Source of the DNA: Spirochaetota bacterium
GTDB lineage: Bacteria > Spirochaetota > UBA6919 > CBDBPB01
Assembly (NCBI GenBank): GCA_965208615.1
Contig: CBDBPB010000004.1
Coordinates: 288,001 to 352,000 of the forward strand
Reading direction: 5' to 3'
DNA: 64,000 nt
Position 1 is the stretch's first letter. Each line of letters starts with the position of its first letter. The notes beneath the pieces were generated by a model. That model searched no databases. It saw only the letters and a list, made by a program, of their open reading frames with translations, and was not told where the DNA came from. Positions 10,264-20,882 of this stretch are shown piece after piece. Position numbers and translations under genes: made by a program.

Positions 10264-10614
10264 TTAGATTGTTAACAAATGACCTATTTTAGCATCTAGC
10301 TTTTTTTTAAGAAAGTCAAAAAGCATACGACTAATGGCAAAAATCAGCTCATAATCGGGTACTCTTTTGTCTAGCTCCAAAAAGCCAATACTCCAATACT
10401 CATTATAATCATATACGCTAAGATAAACACCTTGATATTCTAAAATATACTTCCATGTACTTTCTTCAGTCCTAAGGCTATTACCATTTGGTTTACCAAA
10501 TTTTTCTTTCATGATAGTAAATAAAGCACCAGCATTATTATTATTAATAAAAATGCCTCCGCTATCTTCCAGAGCATATTTGGATACCAGGACTTTTCGA
10601 AATCTCCCTTCCAT
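10264..10614 (-). CDS. Hypothetical protein
   Basis: 116-aa ORF with AGGAG Shine-Dalgarno. Confidence 0.7.
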   Translation of the reverse strand: MEGRFRKVLVSKYALEDSGGIFINNNNAGALFTIMKEKFGKPNGNSLRTEESTWKYILEYQGVYLSVYDYNEYWSIGFLELDKRVPDYELIFAISRMLFDFLKKKLDAKIGHLLTI

Positions 10615-10987
10615 GGTTTAGACTCCTGAAAAGTTATTCAAAATTGTAATCGGTATTAAAACAAAAATATTTAAGCTTTCAAAAGAAGTAATATTTTTTT
10701 TTATAAGCCAACGAATATGATAAAGCCATTTAGAGATAGCATTAATAAAGGCTTTATTTAACCTTATAGGTATTGTTAGATACTAGTATTTTAATTATAA
10801 CTTGTTCTATATTTTAACTCAAAAATTAGCTTTTTTTAAAACTTTTAATTTAACTAATGAAATACTTATTTTAAAGTAGTGTTAATATTATTAGTATTAT
10901 ATTAAAAAAACGCTTATGACTAGTTTAAAAGTTTTTATCTATAATACCGTGCCATTACAAAAATAAAAGACTTTTCAAGGAGAAGTT

Positions 10988-12076
10988 ATGTATCACCCTC
11001 CTATCAAGATATTAAACTCTGATATAAAAACCCTAACAAAAAACATATTAAAAGATTATCTTATATACGGTCCAGTACTTAAATCTGAAGAAAAAAATGC
11101 AAAACAAAAAGAATACTTTTCTTTTGAGGAAATAAAAACTGCCGATGCTTTAAAGCTCAATTACGATACCTCACTACTACCCCCAGTCAAAACCTTTTTC
11201 CCTAATGATGAAAAACTAATAAGCTTTAAAGTAAAAGATATAAGCCAAACAAAAAAGGTATTAGAAACTAATTCTAAAGTTCTTTTTGGCGTTCACCCAT
11301 GTGATCTATATGCCATAGAGATTATGGATAAAATATTTAGCGGTAATCCTGCCGATGAGAATTATATTGCAAGAAGAAAAAATACTATAATAATTGGACT
11401 AAACTGTAGTAAACCCTGTAGAGATAAATGTATGTGTTATGACAAGGGTACATACAAAATTAACGGCTCACAACTAAATAATAATAATGAACTATGTGAT
11501 ATTATAATGTGGGAGAGTGAAGGATGCTATATCTTAGAAGTAAAAACTCAGGCAGGAAAAAAACTCATAGAAAAATACAATATTTTTAAGCCCTTTGAAG
11601 AAGATTTTAAAAAGTTTACCTCCGACTATAATAGTAAACAAGAAAAAGTCTTTAAGCGTAAATTAGTAGATGACATTGGCGATCTCAAAAAAGCTATAGA
11701 ACAAAGCTACAACTCAAATATTTGGAATGAAGAAGGTAAAAAATGTCTCTCTTGCGGATCATGTAATTTTGTTTGTCCCACTTGCTACTGCTTTGAGACT
11801 TATGATAACCTTGACATTACATTAGAAGAGGGATATCGCTGTCGTAAATGGGATGCATGTCAGGAACAAGAATTTTCTTGCATTGGCAGTGGGGAAAACT
11901 TTAGAGAAAAGTCATCCCAAAGAAACCGTCATAGAATATTTAAAAAAGAAGTTTATATTCACAACAGGCTTGGGGTTTCTGGCTGTGTGGGATGTGGTCG
12001 CTGTAATAGTGTTTGCGTAGCAAATATTAGCCTTATCGATATTTATAACCAAGCTTTTGTAAAGGAGATTATATAG
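10988..12076 (+). CDS. Group 3b hydrogenase Fe-S subunit (beta, HydB/AsrA-like)
   Basis: CLSCGSCNFVCPTCYC and CVGCGRCNSVC 4Fe-4S motifs. Confidence 0.9.
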   Translation: MYHPPIKILNSDIKTLTKNILKDYLIYGPVLKSEEKNAKQKEYFSFEEIKTADALKLNYDTSLLPPVKTFFPNDEKLISFKVKDISQTKKVLETNSKVLFGVHPCDLYAIEIMDKIFSGNPADENYIARRKNTIIIGLNCSKPCRDKCMCYDKGTYKINGSQLNNNNELCDIIMWESEGCYILEVKTQAGKKLIEKYNIFKPFEEDFKKFTSDYNSKQEKVFKRKLVDDIGDLKKAIEQSYNSNIWNEEGKKCLSCGSCNFVCPTCYCFETYDNLDITLEEGYRCRKWDACQEQEFSCIGSGENFREKSSQRNRHRIFKKEVYIHNRLGVSGCVGCGRCNSVCVANISLIDIYNQAFVKEII

Positions 12077-12916
12077 ATGAATGAAGCAGTAAAACTTGAA
12101 CAAGACTATATACCAATGCCTGCTAAGCTCATTAGTATAGAAAATATTACAAGATATGAAAAACTTTATACTCTTAATATAGAAAATGGGCAAAAAATAT
12201 ATTCTAAGCCATGCCAATTCGTTATGGTATCGCTTTTTGGCTTTGGAGAAGCTCCTATTAGTATATGCTCTGGCCCTGATGATGATAAACTACAACTATG
12301 TGTAAGAAAAGTGGGAATGCTTACAAGTAGACTCCATGAACTAAAAGTGGGAGACCTAATTGGAATAAGAGGTCCATACGGTAATGGCTTCCCTGTGGAT
12401 GTCCTTAAAGATAAAGATGTGCTACTAATTGGTGGAGGCTTAGGCTTAGCACCACTAAGATCATTAATCAGATATACTATGGAACATAGAGCCGATTTTA
12501 AAAAATTAACTATACTATACGGCTCTCAAAAACCAACCGATAGACTCTTTGTTAACGAAATTAACCAGTGGAAAACCGATGATAATATTGAATACCATGA
12601 AACCGTTGATACTGCTGATCAAACATGGAATGGTAATGTGGGAGTAATAACTACCCTGTTCAACCATATAGACCCTGATCCTAATAAAACAATTGCTGTA
12701 ATAGTTGGGCCACCAGTAATGTATAGATTTGTTATTCATGAACTCCTCGATAGATATTTTAACGTTAAACAAATATACGTTGACCTTGAAAGAAGAATGA
12801 GATGTGGTTTAGGAAAGTGCGGTCATTGCCAAATGAATGAGGTATACGTTTGTCAGAGTGGACCAATATTCTCTTTCAATGACATTGTAGACCAGAACCT
12901 AAAGGAGGCACTATAA
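12077..12916 (+). CDS. Group 3b hydrogenase FAD/NAD(P)-binding subunit (gamma, HydG/AsrB-like)
   Basis: GEAPISI, RGPYGNGF, GGGLGLAP, MRCGLGKCGHC..VC. Confidence 0.92.
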   Translation: MNEAVKLEQDYIPMPAKLISIENITRYEKLYTLNIENGQKIYSKPCQFVMVSLFGFGEAPISICSGPDDDKLQLCVRKVGMLTSRLHELKVGDLIGIRGPYGNGFPVDVLKDKDVLLIGGGLGLAPLRSLIRYTMEHRADFKKLTILYGSQKPTDRLFVNEINQWKTDDNIEYHETVDTADQTWNGNVGVITTLFNHIDPDPNKTIAVIVGPPVMYRFVIHELLDRYFNVKQIYVDLERRMRCGLGKCGHCQMNEVYVCQSGPIFSFNDIVDQNLKEAL

Positions 12917-13662
12917 TGAAACCGCGATTAGGATTATTTTCTTTTACAAGTTGTGAAGGCTGTCAACTACAGGTGCTAAATCTAGAGGCTGAACTCTTAG
13001 ATATATTGAATGCCGTAGATATTGTAAACTTCCGTGAGGCAATAGATGAAAAAAGTCAAGATTATGACATTGCCTTTGTAGAAGGCTCTATAACTACTTC
13101 GGCAGACCTAAAAGAAGTTAAAGAAATAAGACAAAATGCCAAAAAACTCGTCGCATTAGGTGCATGTGCTTGTATTGGTGGAGTTAACGCACTAAAAAAC
13201 TCCTTTTCTATGGACTTCTGTAAAGACCATGTATACAAAGATAAGGCCTATGCCTTTGATACCTTTCCCACTAAAAAAGTCTCTGACATTGTTAAAGTAG
13301 ACTTTGAGATACCAGGTTGCCCAATTAGTAAAAAAGAATTTGTAGAGGTTACCAAAAAACTATTGTTTGCTATACCTATTAAAATACCTAATTATTCGGT
13401 ATGCACAGAGTGTAAGATGAATGGGAATCTATGTTTATACGAAAAAAATGAGGTTTGCATTGGACCAATCACCAGAGGTGGCTGTGATGCAATATGTCCA
13501 ACTTTTAAGGACCCATGTCATGGTTGTAGGGGGTTTATGGATAATGCCAATTTTAGTGGTATGATTAAGGTCTTAGAAGATAATAATATTAGTGAAAAAC
13601 AAATAAAAAACTTATTCTCGCATTATAACGGCACTAAAACCCTAGAGGAGTATTTAGCATGA
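12916..13662 (+). CDS. Group 3b [NiFe] hydrogenase small subunit (delta)
   Basis: SCEGC, EGS, GACA, PGCP, distal Cys cluster. Confidence 0.92.
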   Translation: MKPRLGLFSFTSCEGCQLQVLNLEAELLDILNAVDIVNFREAIDEKSQDYDIAFVEGSITTSADLKEVKEIRQNAKKLVALGACACIGGVNALKNSFSMDFCKDHVYKDKAYAFDTFPTKKVSDIVKVDFEIPGCPISKKEFVEVTKKLLFAIPIKIPNYSVCTECKMNGNLCLYEKNEVCIGPITRGGCDAICPTFKDPCHGCRGFMDNANFSGMIKVLEDNNISEKQIKNLFSHYNGTKTLEEYLA

Positions 13663-14948
13663 AAAAACTCGATATTAACGTACACCACTTAACCCGTGTA
13701 GAAGGACATGGTAACATTGTCGTTAATTATGAAAAGGGCAAAGTTGAAAACTTTAAATTAGAAATAGTTGAATCTCCAAGATTCTTTGAGGTCATGCTAA
13801 AAGGAAGGCATTTTACAGATGCACCACAAATTACCTCTCGTATATGCGGTATATGTGCAGTAGGACATACCATTGCATCACTAAAAGCTTGTGAGAGTGC
13901 AATTGCTATTACACCATCTAAGCAAACACAAGAAATGCGAAAAATAATACTCAATGCAGAAATGATGCAAAGTCACGTTCTTCATGTATATTTTCTTGCT
14001 TTGCCAGACTTTTTAAATGTTAGCTCTGTTATCCCTCTTGTAAAAACTAATCCTGATGAGGTAAAGCGTGCATTAAGATTAAAAAAGCTTGCCAATGATA
14101 TATGTGAGGTATTAGTAGGTAGGCATGTACATCCAATATCTATGGTAGTTAACGGCTTTACAAAAATACCTGATGAAAATGACCTTCTTACAGTAAAAAA
14201 AATGCTATTGAATGCTGAAGATGATATTAATAAAATGATAGGTCTTTTTGGCTCAATAAAAATGCCAAAGTTTAGCAATAAGACTAATAATCTAGCAATC
14301 ACCAATAATAACGAATATGCATTTTATGACGGCATATTAACGACATCTAACGGTAATAAGCTCCCCGATAAAGATTATTTGAATCTTATTAAAGAAAACG
14401 TAGTTACCCACTCTTCGGCTAAGCATGTGGGTATAAATAACTCAACTTATATGGTTGGTGCATTGGCTCGTCTTAATTTGTCTTATGATAAGCTTCATCC
14501 AAAGGCTAAAAAAGTTCTAGACAATTATAACATCCCATTACCAGACTACAACTCCTTTAACAACAACCTAGCCCAGGTTATAGAAACTGTACACAGCTTT
14601 TACGATTCCCTTGAGCGAATTGACTATATATTAGATAGCAAAATTAAAAATGAGGACTACAAAGACTATAACATAAAAGCTGGTCGTGGTATTGGTGTAT
14701 GTGAGGTTCCAAGAGGAATACTGTTCCATGAGTATGAGGTTGATAATGATGGGATGATTACAAATGCTAACTGCATTATACCTACAGGACAGAATCTGGC
14801 TAATATTGAAAGTGATCTTAAAAAACGTGTACCTGAAATTATTGATATGACAAAAGAAGAGATTACCCATGATTTAGAGATGCTTGTTAGGGCCTATGAT
14901 CCATGTATTTCTTGTTCTGCCCATTTTTTGGATGTCAGCTTTATATAA
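13659..14948 (+). CDS. Group 3b [NiFe] hydrogenase large subunit (alpha)
   Basis: TRVEGHG, RICGIC (L1), EVPRG, YDPCISCSAH (L2) plus cleavable tail. Confidence 0.95.
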   Translation: MKKLDINVHHLTRVEGHGNIVVNYEKGKVENFKLEIVESPRFFEVMLKGRHFTDAPQITSRICGICAVGHTIASLKACESAIAITPSKQTQEMRKIILNAEMMQSHVLHVYFLALPDFLNVSSVIPLVKTNPDEVKRALRLKKLANDICEVLVGRHVHPISMVVNGFTKIPDENDLLTVKKMLLNAEDDINKMIGLFGSIKMPKFSNKTNNLAITNNNEYAFYDGILTTSNGNKLPDKDYLNLIKENVVTHSSAKHVGINNSTYMVGALARLNLSYDKLHPKAKKVLDNYNIPLPDYNSFNNNLAQVIETVHSFYDSLERIDYILDSKIKNEDYKDYNIKAGRGIGVCEVPRGILFHEYEVDNDGMITNANCIIPTGQNLANIESDLKKRVPEIIDMTKEEITHDLEMLVRAYDPCISCSAHFLDVSFI

Positions 14949-14951
14949 AAC

Positions 14952-15434
14952 ATGGGAAAGTTTAATTATTTACCAGAAAAACCATTATTAATAGCGGGGT
15001 TCGGTAATATTTTAATCTCTGACGAAGGTGCTGGTGTTTTAGTTATACAAGAACTTAAAAAACTCGATATGCCAAATAATATTACCCTATTAGACGGCGG
15101 AACAATGGGAATAGATTTTATATCTTTTCTTAATAAATATAGTCAGGTTATTATTATAGATTGTTTAAAAACATTCCCTAATGAGGGTAATGTTATACAG
15201 TTTACCTTGGATCAGGTAAAAGTTAATGATAATAATAATATCTCTATTCATGGGATAGACCTTAATACTGTTATAAATTTGATGTGTTCACTAAATATGA
15301 AGATCCCAGAAATTTTAATATACGGTATAAAACCTTATAACCTAAACTATGGAATTGGTGTTAGTGATAATGTATTAAAGTCTATTAACCAGATTACTAG
15401 GCAAATAGATAGTTTTATAAAAATAAATTGTTAA
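14952..15434 (+). CDS. Hydrogenase maturation protease
   Basis: GFGNILISDEGAG, DGGT, IID, SIH. Confidence 0.92.
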   Translation: MGKFNYLPEKPLLIAGFGNILISDEGAGVLVIQELKKLDMPNNITLLDGGTMGIDFISFLNKYSQVIIIDCLKTFPNEGNVIQFTLDQVKVNDNNNISIHGIDLNTVINLMCSLNMKIPEILIYGIKPYNLNYGIGVSDNVLKSINQITRQIDSFIKINC

Positions 15435-15446
15435 GGAGTTATTAAT

Positions 15447-15899
15447 ATGGCATCTATTGCAGAACTTAAGGCTATGAAAATATTTAAGGGAATAGAAGAG
15501 GCATATTTTGATAAACTGCTCCCTATGTGTTCTATCAAAACTTTATCAAAAGGAGAGTATCTTGAAAAAGAAGGGGAAGAAGCAAAATATTTTGCCATTA
15601 TAAAATCTGGAAAGTTTGCATTTGAGTCTGAGATGTTTAGCGAAAAGATTGTTAGACATACTACCTCGTCAAAAGATGACTATTTTGGTGAGTCATCCTT
15701 AATACCACCATATAAAACCACTACATCCAGAGTTGCAGTTGAGGATTCAGTTGTATATCTTTTTAACGGGAAAAAGCTTAGAGAGCTATGTGATAGTGAT
15801 CATCATTTAGGATATGTAATTATCAAAAAGCTTACTGAAAAGCTATTCAACGACTTAAGAGAAAGTAGACAACAATTAATACAATGTCATTGGGGTTAA
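15447..15899 (+). CDS. Cyclic nucleotide-binding domain protein
   Basis: KGEYLEKEGE, IIKSG, FGESSL; no HTH tail. Confidence 0.85.
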   Translation: MASIAELKAMKIFKGIEEAYFDKLLPMCSIKTLSKGEYLEKEGEEAKYFAIIKSGKFAFESEMFSEKIVRHTTSSKDDYFGESSLIPPYKTTTSRVAVEDSVVYLFNGKKLRELCDSDHHLGYVIIKKLTEKLFNDLRESRQQLIQCHWG

Positions 15900-16008
15900 T
15901 AGCCTCTTTAACATTTTAAAAGTTAGTGCATATAAAATTATAGGATACAAGTTTTATAAGACTTTGTTATTAATCATTAATAGTGTAGGTCAAAAGTATT
16001 CTAATTTA

Positions 16009-17307
16009 TTAACATCCAATTCCATAATAAGTAAATCCAAGCTCCTTGAGCTTAGCCGGATTATATTGATTTCTACCATCAAAAATAATAGGTGTTTTCA
16101 TTAACTTTTTCATTTTATCAAAGTTTGGATGCCTAAACTCACGCCATTCAGTTAATAATGCCATAGCATCAGCGTCTACTAAAGAATCATAACAACTTTT
16201 GCAATACTGAAGCTTATTACCAAACAACTTTCTAGTGCTAATTATAGCCTCTGGATCAAATACCTTTATATTAATATGGTCATTCAAAAGCTTAGTTATA
16301 ACATTAATAGCCGGAGACTCCCTAATATCATCAGTCTTAGGCTTAAAAGCTAGTCCCCATACAGCAATAGTCCTATTTTTTAGATCATTATTAAAATGCC
16401 TTTTTATTTTGTAATAAACAATAGACTTCTGTTTTTCATTAACCTTTTCAACAGTATCCACTATCATAAGAGGACTATCATGGTTTTTAGCAGTATTGAC
16501 TAAGGCTCGAATGTCTTTAGGAAAACATGATCCTCCAAACCCTACCCCAGCATATAAAAACTGATTACCAATTCTTGAATCACTTCCCATACCCTCTCTT
16601 ACATAGGAATAGTTTGCACCTACTTTTTCGCATAAATTGGCTATCTCGTTGGCAAAGCTAACCTTTGTAGCTAAAAAAGCATTACATGCATACTTAGTTA
16701 ATTCAGCGGATATATTATCCATAAATATAATCCTATTTTTTCGCATCATAAAACCTGAATATAGCTCCTTCATAACCTCAGCCGTTTTTTTATCCTCGCA
16801 TCCAATAACTACCCTATCAGGCTTCATAAAATCCTCAATAGCGGCACCCTCTTTAAGGAACTCTGGATTGTTAACAATATTAACCCCATAACTAGAGTGC
16901 TTTTTAATAATATCCTTAACCTTATTAGCAGTCCCAACAGGAACTGTACTCTTTAAAACAACTATCTTTTCTTTATTCATATAATTTGCAATATCTTTTG
17001 CGACCTTTAAAACATAGGTTAGATCAGCAGTACCGTCATAAGAAGAAGGAGTGCCTACGGCTATAAATATAATATTTGACTCAACAATTCCCCTTTTAAC
17101 ACCACTAGTAAAAGTTAATCTATTTTCCTTTATATTCCTGCGAACAAGCTCAGATAAACCCGGCTCATAAATAGGTATAATACCATTATTAAGCCCCTCT
17201 ATTTTATCTTCATCAATATCAACACAAATAACGTTATGTCCGTTTTCAGCAAAGCATGTTCCCACCACTAGCCCAACATATCCAATACCAATAACACAAA
17301 TATTCAT
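16009..17307 (-). CDS. ugd: UDP-glucose/GDP-mannose 6-dehydrogenase
   Basis: GIGYVG, AVGTP, KSTVPVG, NPEFLKEG, GFGGSCFPKD. Confidence 0.93.
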   Translation of the reverse strand: MNICVIGIGYVGLVVGTCFAENGHNVICVDIDEDKIEGLNNGIIPIYEPGLSELVRRNIKENRLTFTSGVKRGIVESNIIFIAVGTPSSYDGTADLTYVLKVAKDIANYMNKEKIVVLKSTVPVGTANKVKDIIKKHSSYGVNIVNNPEFLKEGAAIEDFMKPDRVVIGCEDKKTAEVMKELYSGFMMRKNRIIFMDNISAELTKYACNAFLATKVSFANEIANLCEKVGANYSYVREGMGSDSRIGNQFLYAGVGFGGSCFPKDIRALVNTAKNHDSPLMIVDTVEKVNEKQKSIVYYKIKRHFNNDLKNRTIAVWGLAFKPKTDDIRESPAINVITKLLNDHINIKVFDPEAIISTRKLFGNKLQYCKSCYDSLVDADAMALLTEWREFRHPNFDKMKKLMKTPIIFDGRNQYNPAKLKELGFTYYGIGC

Positions 17308-17358
17308 ATATAATATCCTTGTTTTATATATTCTGGTTATACTATTTATAATTAGCTG

Positions 17359-17733
17359 TTAGTCAAGAGGAGCAAGCATAATACAAGTATTATAAACTAC
17401 ATCAATACCATTATTCTTACAAAATTCAATAGCTTTTTTAGATTCTGCACCAGGCTGAATCCAAATCTTTTTAATGCCAAGCTTATGACACTCAATCACT
17501 ACTTTTTCTGTAACCTCTGGAGGTACTACAATATCCACAACTTCAACTTTTTCAGGTAAATCAGTAATAGACTTATATACCACATCATCATCTATAGTCT
17601 TAATAGCCCTATGAATAGGATAAACACGCTTTCCAATCTTTTTTAGATATTTATAAATCTTATATCCATACTTATGTGGTTTAGATGAGGCTCCAACAAC
17701 AGCAAACACATTTGCATCCAAGAAGTTATCCAT
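17359..17733 (-). CDS. CoA-binding protein
   Basis: AVVGAS..PHKYG, WIQPGAES. Confidence 0.88.
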   Translation of the reverse strand: MDNFLDANVFAVVGASSKPHKYGYKIYKYLKKIGKRVYPIHRAIKTIDDDVVYKSITDLPEKVEVVDIVVPPEVTEKVVIECHKLGIKKIWIQPGAESKKAIEFCKNNGIDVVYNTCIMLAPLD

Positions 17734-17765
17734 ATTTCCTTAACCTTCAAGATAATATTTTATAA

Positions 17766-18080
17766 TTACTTAAGCTTAGTAAATAACACACTTTCCTTTT
17801 GTAGTCCTACCATTTGATCTACAATATCCCCATTGTTGAAAATCATAAGAGTAGGAATAGACATAATATTATATTTTTGAGCAAGAACAGTATTCTCCTC
17901 AGTATTTATTTTAACAATTTTATATTTTCCATCCAGTTTATTACTTAAGCTCTCCAAAATATTGGACTGCATACGACAAGGCATACACCAAGATGCCCAA
18001 AAATCCACTAAAACGGGAGTATTAGACTTTAATACTTCTTTATTAAAGTTTTTTTCAGTTACCTCTAAAATTTCTTTCAT
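17766..18080 (-). CDS. trxA: Thioredoxin
   Basis: DFWASWCMPC, IMSIPT. Confidence 0.9.
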   Translation of the reverse strand: MKEILEVTEKNFNKEVLKSNTPVLVDFWASWCMPCRMQSNILESLSNKLDGKYKIVKINTEENTVLAQKYNIMSIPTLMIFNNGDIVDQMVGLQKESVLFTKLK

Positions 18081-18374
18081 AGTAATCCCCAGCCTATCTA
18101 TATTATAATTAATTTAATATTATAATCTATTACTAAAAATATATTATAAAAATAACAGATATTTCAAGTATTATTTTATTTTATAATACATTTATTTTTT
18201 ATTCTAAAAAGTGATTATCCTATAGCTTTTTTTAGTATTAAAAAAAGCCTTGTCAACCAATAAACTGCAAATATTAATACACTTTTTAACATGAATTTGT
18301 TAACTTTTATTCAACAACTTTTTATCCATTATAAGCTTTATTAATAAATATATATAATAACAAGGGTAACAAAT

Positions 18375-18695
18375 ATGAATAGCCATATAGCAGGATCAAA
18401 TAACTTTATAAGAGAACAATTTTTTATTAATGATATTAAAAATGATATAAAAAAACTAAAAACTTTTAACACTATAGATACAAATAAATTATATAGTAAT
18501 TTTCAAAAGTTGACTAGTAAAGTAATGCTCCTAAACAAAGAAGTCGATAACTTAAATAAAAAAATAACTTTGGTAAAAGATGAGGTTAAGAACAATATAA
18601 AAATAACACAAAAACGTATAAAAAAAACGTATAAAATATTACTTATTATATTTTCTATTTTTACCGCACTAACCATAGTAATTTTGACTTTATAA
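18375..18695 (+). CDS. Hypothetical coiled-coil protein with C-terminal TM helix
   Basis: Heptad-like body, hydrophobic tail ILLIIFSIFTALTIVILTL. Confidence 0.6.
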   Translation: MNSHIAGSNNFIREQFFINDIKNDIKKLKTFNTIDTNKLYSNFQKLTSKVMLLNKEVDNLNKKITLVKDEVKNNIKITQKRIKKTYKILLIIFSIFTALTIVILTL

Positions 18696-18697
18696 AG

Positions 18698-20011
18698 TTA
18701 TTCTGCATTAAACAATACCTCAGATGCCCTATTATAACTAAATCCTAATACACTATCATAAACTACTGAGCCTAGTACAATAGTTTTAATAACCTTGCCC
18801 ATCACCTTATAATCGTTAAAGGGAGTCCATTTAGATTTGGAGAATAACTTATTAGAGCTTATGCTATACTTTATTATAGGATCAACAATAACTAAGTCTG
18901 CATCATATCCGAGTTTAATTATGCTTTTATTTTTTATAGAAAAAATATTAGCAGGATTCTCACTTGTATACCTGACTATCTGAGATATTGTTAGTTTATT
19001 ATTATTAACTTCTGTTAACAGTAACGGAAGTAGAGTTTCCAGTCCTGGTATACCTGCTGGAGCATTTAGATAATCACTATCTTTTTCTGAGATTAAATGT
19101 GGAGCATGATCCGTACCTATTGTGTCTATTAGGTTGTTAGACAGAGCATTATATAAATATAATCTATTTTCCTCACTTCTTATTGGAGGATTTACCTTTC
19201 CTAAATTGCCTATTTTATTTAATATTGTTTCATTTAGAAAAAGATGATGAGGAGTTGCTTCACAGTAAACCGTCATAGCAGTTTTTGCTTTTTGAATAAG
19301 TTTAACTTCTTTTTCTGTAGATACATGACAAAAGTATAATTTAGGATTATAGGGTTTTGCAAGGTCTATAATCTTTTTAACCGCTGAATATGCCACTTCT
19401 TCATTGCGGATTTGATTATGTATACTGGGATTTAGGTTAGTTTGTTTTAGGTTTATAAGGTTTTTTTGTATTAAAAGTTCATCTTCTGCGTGTATGGTTA
19501 GAGGAACTTTTGTATATTCCATTATTTTACTAATTACTTTTGGATTTTTTACTAAAAGGTTACCAGTAGTTGATCCAAAGTATATTTTGATGGAGGCAAT
19601 ATTACTTACTTTTTGGAGTTCTTTTAGGTTATTGATTGTTGCTCCAAAGTGAAATCCATAATTTACCAATGAAGATTTTTTTACTATTTCTCGTTTTTGA
19701 CAAAGTCTTTCATAAGTGGTTGTGGGGGGATTGGTATTAGGCATATCTATAACCGTTGTTATACCTGAAGATACAGCGGCTTTAGACCCGCTAGTCCAGT
19801 CTTCTTTGTGTTCTGATCCAGGACAACGAAAGTGAACATGGGGATCAATTAATCCTGGTAATATCCATTTACCTTTGCAGTCTATTATTTTATTTGCCTT
19901 AAAGTTATTGGGTGATATGCCAGCAATTTTTTTATTTTTTAAAAACAAATTAAGTTTTTTAAGTTCGCCGTTTATATATATTAGTCCATTAGTTAACAAT
20001 ATAGTATTCAT
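18698..20011 (-). CDS. pyrC: Dihydroorotase
   Basis: PGLIDPHVHFR, MPNT, HAED, HVST, KVNPPIR, GTDHAPH. Confidence 0.9.
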   Translation of the reverse strand: MNTILLTNGLIYINGELKKLNLFLKNKKIAGISPNNFKANKIIDCKGKWILPGLIDPHVHFRCPGSEHKEDWTSGSKAAVSSGITTVIDMPNTNPPTTTYERLCQKREIVKKSSLVNYGFHFGATINNLKELQKVSNIASIKIYFGSTTGNLLVKNPKVISKIMEYTKVPLTIHAEDELLIQKNLINLKQTNLNPSIHNQIRNEEVAYSAVKKIIDLAKPYNPKLYFCHVSTEKEVKLIQKAKTAMTVYCEATPHHLFLNETILNKIGNLGKVNPPIRSEENRLYLYNALSNNLIDTIGTDHAPHLISEKDSDYLNAPAGIPGLETLLPLLLTEVNNNKLTISQIVRYTSENPANIFSIKNKSIIKLGYDADLVIVDPIIKYSISSNKLFSKSKWTPFNDYKVMGKVIKTIVLGSVVYDSVLGFSYNRASEVLFNAE

Positions 20012-20152
20012 ACTTTTTCCAATGTTTTATTATATATTCGTCTTATAAGAACTTTTAACAAAGCAAAAATACAATTATAGTCTAATATTATTAGGCTATA
20101 TATAGAGAATTATTAATATTACAGTTTATTGTGCGGTATCCAAATGGATAAT

Positions 20153-20440
20153 ATGGTTGTTGCCACATCCAAGATTCTAATTTCCACGGGGGAGTGTTTT
20201 TCCCTTAAAGAAAAAAGAAAGATTATTAAAAGCATAAAGGAAAAGATAAAAGATAGGTTTAACTTATCAGTAGCTGAGATTAGCCTATTATCAGACTATA
20301 AACAAGGATTAATAGGTTTAGCAGGGGTATCCAACGATATAGCCTATGCTAATGGTGTATTAAACAAGGCAATAGATTTTTTAGAACAAAGTTTTCCTGG
20401 TAGGATAATAGATTATCAGTTAAAAATAGAGTTATATTAA
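20153..20440 (+). CDS. DUF503 (YlxP-like) protein
   Basis: SLKEKRKIIKSI..RFNLSVAEI; start uncertain. Confidence 0.8.
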   Translation: MVVATSKILISTGECFSLKEKRKIIKSIKEKIKDRFNLSVAEISLLSDYKQGLIGLAGVSNDIAYANGVLNKAIDFLEQSFPGRIIDYQLKIELY

Positions 20441-20691
20441 ATAGTTTTATTTTATTTATTAAGCTATTATTTATTAACTAATATTATTTGTTATCGAATA
20501 TTATAGAAAGTTTAATAACTACTTATTTTAACGGTGGAACAACTATTAAAGCATTTAGTCATACTATAGTTATAATTGTCTATTTAAAAATAAATAAGAT
20601 TTTCTTGATATTTAACTGTTTTTTTACTATTTTTTTATTTAATTTTTATACTAAACTATACAAATAACTATAATAGAAGGTTAAATAAATT

Positions 20692-20874
20692 ATGGCAGTA
20701 CCTAAAAAGAAAAAATCAAAATCTAAATCAAGAAGTCGTAGAGCTTCATATCTCAAGCTTAAACTAACTAATACTGCAAATTGCTCTAACTGTGGCGCAG
20801 TAAGACTACCTCATACCGTTTGTCCTACTTGTGGATACTATAAAGATAAAATTGTAGTAAACTATTCGGACTAA
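20692..20874 (+). CDS. rpmF: 50S ribosomal protein L32
   Basis: MAVPKKK, CxxC..HxVCxxCGYY. Confidence 0.96.
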   Translation: MAVPKKKKSKSKSRSRRASYLKLKLTNTANCSNCGAVRLPHTVCPTCGYYKDKIVVNYSD

Positions 20875-20882
20875 AATATACA

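Noticed and set aside
13659-14948. Selenocysteine hydrogenase or stop-codon recoding
   Set aside because: L1 and L2 motifs use Cys codons; TAA, TAG and TGA all end genes normally
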